Below, one piece after another: positions 36,563-44,309 of a DNA stretch of 64,000 nucleotides. This DNA is from Verrucomicrobiia bacterium (GTDB lineage Bacteria > Verrucomicrobiota > Verrucomicrobiia > Limisphaerales > JADLHS01): the NCBI GenBank assembly GCA_026125285.1, contig JAHCLO010000012.1, positions 85,008-149,007 on the forward strand, written 5' to 3'. The notes under the pieces were generated by a model, which did not search any database, was not told the DNA's origin, and saw nothing but the letters and a program-made list of their open reading frames with translations. The translations under genes and the position numbers were made by a program. Within the stretch, counting starts at the first letter, position 1; the number at the start of each line of letters is the position of its first letter.

Positions 36563-39500
36563 ATGAACACGCCAATCAAAATCAAAATCGAGCAACAGTT
36601 GCCAACAAACAAAAGTGCTATCCACCGGTCTGCGCTGCTCCTGTTCCTTCTCAGCGTGGTTTCCATTCAAGCACAACTGCTCCCGGCCCCTTCTCTGATC
36701 GGGCCAGCAAATGGCGCGACGGGAGTTTCAACGACGCCGACCTTGAGTTGGACTTCAGTGACGGGAGCCAACCGCTACTGGGTGATCATGTCCACCAGTC
36801 AGGCGGATTTGCCGACTGATCCGAGTGCGGTCAGTTGTCCAGGCTGCGTCAATACCGGCGTTAGCGGAGTCACTGGTTCGACTAGCTACACTCTTCCCAA
36901 TGCGTTTCCGTACGGTGGCACCACCAGGACTCTCAATCCAGGCACCACGTACTACTGGAAAGTGCAGGGCTTTGTTGCGGGCGGCCAAAACGGCAACTAT
37001 TCGGCTGTGCGCAGCTTCACCACCGCTGGAGCGGTGCAACTGCCTACCGTTCAGACAGTGAACGCTTCCTCGGTAACTGCGTCGTCCGCTGTGCTCCACG
37101 GCACGATCGCCAGTGACGGCGGCTCCACGATCGTTGAACGGCGGTTCGATTGGGGAAACTCTTCGGGGAACCTCAACCAATTCACCGCAAACGTGAGCAT
37201 CTCAGGGAACAACTTTAGCTACTCCCTCAGCGGGCTGTCTCCAAACACAACGTATTATTTTCGGGCGTGGGCCAAGAACGGCAGTTCCCAAGTCGGTCCT
37301 TGCACCTCGACGCCGGGTTGGGGGTGCGGCAGCATTTTGAGTTTCACGACATCCACGCTCAACTACACGATCAGCGTGAGCGCCTCGCCAAGTGGGGGCG
37401 GAACGGTGGGCGGGGGCGGGACGTATGCGGCGGGCAGTTCGCGCACGGTGACCGCGACCGCCAACAGCGGCTACACGTTTGTCAACTGGACGGAAGGCGG
37501 GAGCGTGGTCAGTTCGTCGGCCAGCTACACCTTTACCTTGAACGCCAACCGCACCCTGGTCGCCAACTTCACGGCCACGCCGGTCAATTACACGATCAGC
37601 GTGAACGCTTCGCCGAGTGGAGGCGGCACGGTGGGCGGGGGCGGGACGTATGCAGCTGGCAGTTCACGGACGGTGACCGCGACGGCCAACAGCGGCTACA
37701 CGTTCGCCAACTGGACGGAAGGTGGAACGGTGGTCAGCACGTCGGCCAGCTATACCTTCACCCTGAACGCCAACCGGACACTGGTCGCCAACTTCACGTC
37801 CAGTCCGGTCAACTACACAATCAGCGTGAGCGCCTCGCCCGGTGCGGGCGGCACGGTGAGCGGGGGCGGGACGTATGCGGCGGGCAGTTCGCGGACGGTG
37901 ACCGCGACGGCCAACAGCGGTTACACGTTCGCCAACTGGACGGAGGGGGGCACGGTCGTCAGTTCGTCGGCTAGTTACACTTTCACCTTGGGCGCCAATC
38001 GGGCCTTGGTTGCCAACTTTGCGGTGAGCCAAGCCCTGTCATTCAGGTTTCCACTGGCGGGGTACACTCCCTACACTGCTCCGGCTTCATCTGTGTTTGA
38101 TCATTCCGGACTCCGATACGTTGCTAACAATGAGGTGGTTGCTTTTACAGGAGAGAAAGGAACCGTTCGGGATAATGTCGAACCGCCAGTCGTGACAGGT
38201 GGCCAAACATTATACAGCTACAAGAAAACAGATGGCGCTACTTTTTCCTGCAATGGGAATTATCAAGGAACAAGTCTAACAGGGCCAACAACGCTCAACT
38301 ACGACGGACACCCGGGCTGGGATTACGCAGTGCCAGTAGGCACTCCTGTCTACGCGGTTGCGGACGGTCAAGTTGTTCTGGTCACGAGCGATTCAGCTTC
38401 TGGGAAATATGTTCGTCTCCAACATGGATCAGATTATCAGTCGCAGTATTTGCATTTGGACGAGCAATTGGTTGTCCAGAACGCGAATGTAACAAAAGGC
38501 CAGTTGATTGGGAAAAGTGGGAACTCAGGTGGAGTAGCCCCTCATTTGCATTTTGAAGTCAAGAAACTCGTAGCTGGCAATTGGGTTTCCGTTGACCCTT
38601 ACGGTTGGACAGGGGCAGGCTCTGACCCTTATCAGGTTGCCAACATAAACCTTTGGGAAGGCGGAACCGCACTGAATTACACGATCAGCGTGAGCGCCTC
38701 GCCAAGTGGGGGCGGAACGGTGGGCGGGGGCGGGACGTATGCGGCGGGCAGTTCGCGCACGGTGACCGCGACCGCCAACAGCGGCTACACGTTTGTCAAC
38801 TGGACGGAAGGCGGGAGCGTGGTCAGTTCGTCGGCCAGCTACACCTTTACCTTGAACGCCAACCGCACCCTGGTCGCCAACTTCACGTCCAGTCCGGTCA
38901 ACTACACAATCAGCGTGAGCGCCTCGCCCGGTGCGGGCGGCACGGTGAGCGGGGGCGGGACGTATGCGGCTGGCAGTTCACGGACGGTGACCGCGACGGC
39001 CAACAGCGGCTACACGTTCGCCAACTGGACGGAAGGTGGAACGGTGGTCAGCACGTCGGCCAGCTACACCTTCACCCTGAACGCCAACCGCACCCTTGTT
39101 GCCAACTTCACGACCACGCCTCTGCAGCCGCCGAAGCAACTCACAGAAGCCGTTGTGAGCAACAGTTTCTTCCGATTCACCATAAACGGTCCCGTCGGGA
39201 GTGGTTTCGTCATTCAAGTGTCGTCGAACCTTACGCACTGGACATCCCTGCTCACGAACACCGTCCCGAGCAGCGGGACGCGTGCTCTGAGTGAGCCCGT
39301 GCCAACCAATTCGATGCGCCGGTTTTACCGGGCGGTGCCGTTGTCCCAAGGCCCGCTCATTCTTCAGCCAGGGCCGGAAGACGGCCAGGACATTTGGACC
39401 ACGAGCTGGTACTCCAACGGAACCAATACGGTCGGCGCCAACGGAATCGCGAACGAGACGCTCCAGGTTGGAGGCTGGGCGGACTACTATCACGTCTATC

Positions 39501-39889
39501 TGAAGTTCAACCTCACGGGACTACCTTCCCATGCTTCCTCTGCCGTAATTGAACTGTACTCGTTCACCGGCTGGCACAGTGGATTTGTAAACGTCAGCAT
39601 GAATTTGGATCGCGTCACCCAGGATTGGGAGGCGATCTTTGCCACCACGATTATGAAATGGGTGGACCAGCCCGCCGCAGTCAATGTCCGGACGATTCCC
39701 GCTGCGGCAAAAGACAGTTGGTACTCGATTGACGTGACCGATCTGTACAACGCTTGGCAGGCGGGGACGTATCCCAATCACGGCATCGCCCTTCGTCCGA
39801 CGGGCAATGCGAACCAATGGAATTACTTCTGGAGTTCGCGATACATGGTTGATCCCAACCTGCGGCCCAAATTGGTCGTTACGCCGTGA
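36563..39889 (+). CDS. Large secreted multidomain protein: FN3-like N-terminus, 3+2 InlB-B/Listeria-Bacteroides-type repeats flanking an M23 peptidase domain, DNRLRE-like C-terminal domain
   Basis: Signal/TM LLFLLSVVSIQAQ. 77-aa repeats YTISVSASPSGGGTVGGGGTYAAGSSRTVTATANSGYTFVNWTEGG.... M23 motifs HPGWDYAVPVGTPVYAVADG and GGVAPHLHFEV. C-terminal YYHVYLKFNLTGLPSHASSAVIELYS. Confidence 0.85.
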   Translation: MNTPIKIKIEQQLPTNKSAIHRSALLLFLLSVVSIQAQLLPAPSLIGPANGATGVSTTPTLSWTSVTGANRYWVIMSTSQADLPTDPSAVSCPGCVNTGVSGVTGSTSYTLPNAFPYGGTTRTLNPGTTYYWKVQGFVAGGQNGNYSAVRSFTTAGAVQLPTVQTVNASSVTASSAVLHGTIASDGGSTIVERRFDWGNSSGNLNQFTANVSISGNNFSYSLSGLSPNTTYYFRAWAKNGSSQVGPCTSTPGWGCGSILSFTTSTLNYTISVSASPSGGGTVGGGGTYAAGSSRTVTATANSGYTFVNWTEGGSVVSSSASYTFTLNANRTLVANFTATPVNYTISVNASPSGGGTVGGGGTYAAGSSRTVTATANSGYTFANWTEGGTVVSTSASYTFTLNANRTLVANFTSSPVNYTISVSASPGAGGTVSGGGTYAAGSSRTVTATANSGYTFANWTEGGTVVSSSASYTFTLGANRALVANFAVSQALSFRFPLAGYTPYTAPASSVFDHSGLRYVANNEVVAFTGEKGTVRDNVEPPVVTGGQTLYSYKKTDGATFSCNGNYQGTSLTGPTTLNYDGHPGWDYAVPVGTPVYAVADGQVVLVTSDSASGKYVRLQHGSDYQSQYLHLDEQLVVQNANVTKGQLIGKSGNSGGVAPHLHFEVKKLVAGNWVSVDPYGWTGAGSDPYQVANINLWEGGTALNYTISVSASPSGGGTVGGGGTYAAGSSRTVTATANSGYTFVNWTEGGSVVSSSASYTFTLNANRTLVANFTSSPVNYTISVSASPGAGGTVSGGGTYAAGSSRTVTATANSGYTFANWTEGGTVVSTSASYTFTLNANRTLVANFTTTPLQPPKQLTEAVVSNSFFRFTINGPVGSGFVIQVSSNLTHWTSLLTNTVPSSGTRALSEPVPTNSMRRFYRAVPLSQGPLILQPGPEDGQDIWTTSWYSNGTNTVGANGIANETLQVGGWADYYHVYLKFNLTGLPSHASSAVIELYSFTGWHSGFVNVSMNLDRVTQDWEAIFATTIMKWVDQPAAVNVRTIPAAAKDSWYSIDVTDLYNAWQAGTYPNHGIALRPTGNANQWNYFWSSRYMVDPNLRPKLVVTP
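37361..38020. repeat. Intragenic tandem repeat block 1 (three ~231-bp units)
   Basis: Units start at about 37361, 37592 and 37823, each encoding a 77-aa repeat. Confidence 0.8.
38675..39110. repeat. Intragenic tandem repeat block 2 (two ~231-bp units)
   Basis: 38678-38887 is identical by eye to 37364-37573. The second unit is a mosaic of unit 3 (5' half) and unit 2 (3' half). Confidence 0.8.
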
Positions 39890-39901
39890 TCCCACGAGCG
39901 G

Positions 39902-40229
39902 GTGGCACGGGCAATTCGACCGGCTCCCGGGCTGCTGGTGCTGCGCGTCTCTCAGTCCGGCGACGACACCTACGCGCCCGCGCTGAACGTGGATCAGGTG
40001 CTGTTGATCGCGCCCGGCCACCGGGTCATCACGGATATGCAGCGGTTGGGCAAGGGGATGTTCAGTTTCCGGTTTTACGGTGAGCCGGGCGACAGTTGCG
40101 TGGTGCAGGCTTCCACGAACACCTCACTGGACGGTTGTTCAGACGGTTGGCGGCACAGGGGGAATGATTGATGTGAAAGACACCGGAGCCACCGGGTTAA
40201 GTCGGCTCTACCGTGTCCGCGTCCAATAG
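39902..40229 (+). pseudogene. Frameshifted 3' remnant of a surface-protein gene (C-terminal beta-sandwich tail)
   Basis: One frame gives ...GMFSFRFYGEPGDSCVVQASTN. Near 40125 the continuation PHWTVVQTVGGTGGMIDVKDTGATGLSRLYRVRVQ* is in a different frame. The two parts together match the common tail (F.F...G.PG..Y.VQAS.NL..W......RFYRV). No N-terminal part or signal peptide is present. Confidence 0.55.
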
Positions 40230-40581
40230 AAGTGCATGCGGCGGGTCACACCTCAAGCGGAGTGGGCCACTTGTGGGACGCAAGGTAAGAGCGGGTGTTC
40301 CGGCGCGACATATCACGTCATAAACCGCGCGATGGCCGGCGAGAGTTGATTTTCCGTGACCATGCGGATTCAGCCACGTATGCGGCGAAGAATGGATGGA
40401 TGATGCCACGGCCCGGCGGTTGGAGCAGATGGTGAACGAGGCGTGCGCCTGACATCGCGAGGTGGAAATCACCGCCTTCACTCGATGCGGTTCGCGCCTC
40501 CCAATCCGCCGGGCAAGACTGAGGCATCGCGCCAATTCTGTCAGCTCAATTGACGCCCTGCACAGGGCGCGTTAGCTTTCC

Positions 40582-41610
40582 ATGATGATTGACGTGACGG
40601 AAATTCAACCAACCGGTGTGGATCGGTTTCCCGTGCGCCGGCCTCTGCCGCGCGCGGAAGTCGAGCCGCTGGCCCGCGAGATTTTCGCCCTGAAGAAGCA
40701 GTTGAATGCCGTCATCCTCGCGCACAACTATCAGGTCCCGGAAATCCAGGACATCGCCGATTATGTCGGGGACTCGCTCGGTCTTTCGCAACAGGCGGCG
40801 GCCACGCCCGCGGATGTGATTGTTTTCTGCGGCGTGCATTTCATGGCGGAGACCGCGAAGATTTTGAATCCCGACAAAATCGTCGTGCTGCCGGACAAGG
40901 ATGCCGGATGTTCGCTGGAGGAAAGCTGTCCTGCCGATCAGTTGGCCGCGTTGCAGAAGACCAATCCCAATTTCTACACCGTCACCTACATCAATTGCAG
41001 CGCCGCGGTGAAGGCGTTGAGCGATGTAATTTGCACCAGCGGCAACGCGGTGAAAATCGTGGAGGCGTCGCCCTGGGACAAGGACCTCCTGTTCGTGCCC
41101 GACGAGAATCTGGGTGCGTGGGTCATGGAACAGACCGGTCGGCCCATGACGTTGTGGCAGGGCAGTTGTTACGCGCACGTCGAGTTCCGTCGCGACAGCC
41201 TGCTGCGGATGCGGGAACAGTTTCCGGACGCCAAAGTCGTGGTGCATCCGGAAAGCCTGCGCGAGGTGCGCGACCTCGCCGACGCGGTGTGTTCGACCGA
41301 GAAGATGATCACCTACTGCAAGACCAGCCCGGCGAAGCAGTTCGTGATTGTGACTGAGTCCGGAATCATTCATCGCATGCAGAAGGAATGTCCGGACAAG
41401 GAGTTTCTCTGCGCCCCGACATTCGATGTGATGCGCCTGCCCACGGACAACTGCCGATGCAGCGAGTGCAAATTCATGAAGTTGAATACGCTGGAAAAAG
41501 TGCGCGACTGCATGAAGCAACTCGCGCCACGCATCGAACTGCCCGAGCCCATTCTGCAACGCGCCCGCCGGCCGATTGAGCGGATGCTGGAGATTTCGGC
41601 GCGGTCTTGA
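40582..41610 (+). CDS. nadA: Quinolinate synthase
   Basis: ILAHNYQVPEIQDIADYVGDSL, FCGVHFMAETAKIL, TYINCSA and CxxC(x)C near the C-terminus are typical of NadA. Confidence 0.9.
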   Translation: MMIDVTEIQPTGVDRFPVRRPLPRAEVEPLAREIFALKKQLNAVILAHNYQVPEIQDIADYVGDSLGLSQQAAATPADVIVFCGVHFMAETAKILNPDKIVVLPDKDAGCSLEESCPADQLAALQKTNPNFYTVTYINCSAAVKALSDVICTSGNAVKIVEASPWDKDLLFVPDENLGAWVMEQTGRPMTLWQGSCYAHVEFRRDSLLRMREQFPDAKVVVHPESLREVRDLADAVCSTEKMITYCKTSPAKQFVIVTESGIIHRMQKECPDKEFLCAPTFDVMRLPTDNCRCSECKFMKLNTLEKVRDCMKQLAPRIELPEPILQRARRPIERMLEISARS

Positions 41611-41647
41611 GCGTGCGCGCAACAGCCCGGCGACGAGCCGACGCAAG

Positions 41648-43180
41648 TTACTTCTTTTTTCCTTCGGCCTTGAGCAGTGCCGCCGTCAATCCTTCGATGG
41701 TGTGCGTCTTCGCTTCAATGGCGGGAGTCAGACCCAATGCCTCGATGGCCTTGCTGGTTTCCGGGCCAATGGAGGCGAGGCGCGCTTGCGGAAATTGTCC
41801 CAACAGCATTGGCAAATCGAAGCGCGCGTGAAAGTGTTCCACTGTCGAGCCGCTGGTGAAGGTGATCCAGTCCGCGCCCTCAGCGCGCAGCCTCACTGCA
41901 TCCCCGTTGGCATCCTCGGTTTCCGCCACCGTTTGATAGCAGGGAATGTCATCCACAATGGCGCCGAGTTCTTCGAGTGCCTGGGGCAGGTCGGGATTCG
42001 CCACCTGGGCCCGCAGCAGACAGATCTTCAGGTTCTCAATGCTTTCGTATTGGGAGAACGACTTGGCGATCTTCTTGCCGATGGCTTCTTCGGGCATCAG
42101 GTCCACTTGCAAATGCAACTCGCGCAGTTTCGCCGCCGTGCCCGGCCCCACCGCCGCGATGCGCACCCCGCCGATGTCGCGCGTATCCTTGAACCCTTTG
42201 TAGAAATAATCGAAGAACGCCGTGACGCCATTGGTGCTGGTGAAGACCAGCCAGTCGTAGGCGTTCAATTCCAACAGCGCGTCACCGAGCGGATGCAGGT
42301 TGGCGGGCGGCGCGATTTTGATGCACGGGATTTCCAGGACATCCGCGCCCAGTTCCGTGAGCCGGTTGCTGAACTCCGCCGCCTGCGTGTGCGCGCGTGT
42401 CACCACCACCCGCTGGCCGAACAGCGGTCGGCGCTCGAACCAGTTCAGTTTCTTGCGCAACTTCACCACGTCTCCAATGACCGTCAGCGCGGGCGGCGTT
42501 AGGTCCAGTCTGGCCGCGAGCCTGGCGATGGTGCCCAGCGTTCCGTCAACCGATTGTTGCCGGCCCGTGGTGCCCCAACGCACGATGGCCACCGGAGTCT
42601 CCGGCGACATGCCGCGGGCGATCAGCCCTTCCGTCAACTCGCCCAGCTTCTTCAGGCCCATGAGAATGACCTTCGTGCCGGGAATCCGCGCAATCTGATC
42701 CAGGTCGAAATGACTTTCCTCCCCGCTCGCGCCTTCGTGACCGGTCACCACGGTGAAACTGGAACAATGTTCACGATGGGTGAGCGGAATACCCGCGCAG
42801 TTCGGGGCCGCCACGATGGACGACACCCCGGGCACTACCGCAAAGGGCACGCGCGCATCCGCCAACGCTTCCGCTTCCTCGCCCCCACGGCCAAAGACGT
42901 AGGGATCGCCGCCCTTGAGCCGCACCACGCATTTCCCCTCGCGCGCCTTCGCGATCATCAAGGCATTGATCTGTTCCTGGGATAGCGCCGTATCCGTGGT
43001 ACGACTGCCACGCGAAATCAATTCCGCCGTCGTCGGCGCCAGGCGAAGCAACTCTGGATTGACCAGCACGTCGTAAATCACCACGTCGGCGCGGCGCAGC
43101 AATTCCGCCCCGCGCAACGTGAGCAAACCCGCGTCGCCCGGCCCGGCTCCCACAAGATAGACTGTGCCTGTTTTGTTCAT
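41648..43180 (-). CDS. cobA: Bifunctional uroporphyrinogen-III C-methyltransferase / uroporphyrinogen-III synthase
   Basis: N-terminus VYLVGAGPGDAGLLTLRGAELLRRADVVIYD (TP_methylase). The C-terminal half has the HemD-like duplicated fold (RVVVTRA...; WLVFTSTNGV...; WITFTSGSTV). Confidence 0.85.
   Translation of the reverse strand: MNKTGTVYLVGAGPGDAGLLTLRGAELLRRADVVIYDVLVNPELLRLAPTTAELISRGSRTTDTALSQEQINALMIAKAREGKCVVRLKGGDPYVFGRGGEEAEALADARVPFAVVPGVSSIVAAPNCAGIPLTHREHCSSFTVVTGHEGASGEESHFDLDQIARIPGTKVILMGLKKLGELTEGLIARGMSPETPVAIVRWGTTGRQQSVDGTLGTIARLAARLDLTPPALTVIGDVVKLRKKLNWFERRPLFGQRVVVTRAHTQAAEFSNRLTELGADVLEIPCIKIAPPANLHPLGDALLELNAYDWLVFTSTNGVTAFFDYFYKGFKDTRDIGGVRIAAVGPGTAAKLRELHLQVDLMPEEAIGKKIAKSFSQYESIENLKICLLRAQVANPDLPQALEELGAIVDDIPCYQTVAETEDANGDAVRLRAEGADWITFTSGSTVEHFHARFDLPMLLGQFPQARLASIGPETSKAIEALGLTPAIEAKTHTIEGLTAALLKAEGKKK
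43106..43180. repeat. 75-bp direct repeat, copy A (the real 5' end of cobA-hemD)
   Basis: Matches 43751-43825 at 74 of 75 positions (single G/A difference at 43160/43805). Includes the cobA start codon. Confidence 0.85.
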
Positions 43181-43205
43181 CAGTTCGAGTGCGGGTGGTT
43201 TTACT

Positions 43206-43441
43206 TTAGCTTTGCTCGTAGGCGCGCAGAAATGCTTCGCGGGAAAAGGCGGATTGGGTGCAGATGGTGCGTAGGGTGGAGGATTTCAAGTGAGGATGGT
43301 TGGGCATGGTGAGCGGCGTTTTCGTGCCGTCGAGATTGTCGCGGATCAAAGCGATGTGTTCGCGCTCGTTTACAATCCGAAATCCCAACGTCGCGCACGA
43401 ATAACGCGGCGTTTGGGCGCGTCAACGGGAAACTTAGGCAT
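43206..43441 (-). pseudogene. hicA: HicA-family toxin, apparently frameshifted
   Basis: ATG at 43441 gives MPKFPVDAPKRRVIRA..., which stops at 43370. The rest of the domain (LGFRIVNEREHIALIRDNLDGTKTPLTMPNHPHLKSSTLRTICTQSAFSREAFLRAYE) is in another frame (ORF 43206..43388, TTG start). The two parts together match the HicA pattern. Confidence 0.6.
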
Positions 43442-43652
43442 GAGTCTCGGCGATAAAAGCATCCAGTACCACGGGCTTGGCACTCAGCACCTCGGGGCCA
43501 AAAGTCTCCACGTGGAAACGGATGGCGGATTGACAATCCGCCAGGGCAGCTTCGTAAGTGTCGCCCTGCCCAACGACCACGCCCTTCAAACCGAGTGGAT
43601 AAGCGACATATCCGTCTTCATAGCGTTCAACGACAATTTTCAGCATTTTCAT
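43434..43652 (-). CDS. hicB: HicB-family antitoxin (UPF0150 fold)
   Basis: MKMLKIVVERYEDGYVAYPLGLKGVVVGQGDTYEAALADCQSAIRFHVE matches the HicB N-terminal domain. Its stop overlaps the hicA ATG by 8 nt. Confidence 0.8.
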   Translation of the reverse strand: MKMLKIVVERYEDGYVAYPLGLKGVVVGQGDTYEAALADCQSAIRFHVETFGPEVLSAKPVVLDAFIAETHA

Positions 43653-43750
43653 GGCAGCCAATCTAAATTGCCGGGAGCTTTCGGTAAAGGGTGATTCCGG
43701 CGAAAGTAGGTGCGCAGGTGCGCCATTGTCAGACGATACTGTGGCATTTT

Positions 43751-43825
43751 CGCCCCGCGCAACGTGAGCAAACCCGCGTCGCCCGGCCCGGCTCCCACAA
43801 GATAAACTGTGCCTGTTTTGTTCAT
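43751..43825. repeat. 75-bp direct repeat, copy B (duplicated cobA 5' end upstream of hicB)
   Basis: See 43106-43180; offset 645 bp. Confidence 0.85.
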
Positions 43826-44102
43826 TCGGGGTGGAGATTAACGAGCACGCGTGAGTGGGGCAAAGCAAAGCGGTACTGACCGTGGTACTAACCGCAGCGA
43901 GGTCGGCGGGGTCGGCGAATGCATCAGCCGAATCCGCCGACACAGACGCGCAGACCCTGAACTCGGAGTCGCGACCGCTTCACGGCGAAACGCCCGCAGT
44001 TGCCGGTGCAAAAGATGTTCAGTGTTTGCCAAAATTAGTGAAGCCAATAGTCTGCAGAGAGGCTAAAAGGCTGTTATGAACTCTCACCAGTTCACATTGT
44101 GC

Positions 44103-44160
44103 GGTTCTTGTCCATCGGTTCTTGTCCATCGGTTCTTGTCCATCGGTTCTTGTCCATCGG
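44103..44160. repeat. Perfect tandem repeat (GGTTCTTGTCCATC) x4, 14-bp unit
   Basis: Four exact copies plus GG, about 150 bp upstream of the 44310 start. The unit length is not a multiple of 3. Confidence 0.9.
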
Positions 44161-44309
44161 AATGAACTGGGTTTCGGCCCAGTTGCTCCGCAATTTTCAA
44201 TTCAATTCCGTCATGCCATCGATGTCGTGGTTTCGTGGTCTTTGCGCATGGTGTTTCCATTAGAACATAGATGCGTCCACGACATTTACACAAAAAGAGA
44301 GGTTGAATC

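Noticed and set aside
39887-39889. Programmed TGA read-through or selenocysteine joining the 1108-aa protein to the downstream remnant.
   Set aside because: No SECIS-like hairpin is evident after the TGA, and a further frameshift is needed downstream. Decay is the simpler explanation.
40230-40581. NAD+ riboswitch (nadA motif) in the ~350-nt region upstream of nadA. A hairpin CGCCCTG-CA-CAGGGCG lies just before the start.
   Set aside because: The tandem-domain conserved bulge sequence I recall for the nadA motif (ACANCCCC-like) was not seen. The hairpin alone is not diagnostic. Rfam RF03013 via cmsearch would settle it.
43826-44100. Cobalamin riboswitch upstream of the duplicated cobA 5' end (minus strand).
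   Set aside because: Only a weak resemblance to a B12 box (AGTTCAGGGTCTGCGC), with no GCCACTG or GGTGAAA-type elements. Judged to be chance.
44103-44160. Possible CRISPR array or other spaced repeats.
   Set aside because: The only short perfect repeat is a contiguous 14-bp tandem repeat without spacers. No repeat-spacer periodicity of 28-40 bp and no cas genes were seen anywhere in the window.
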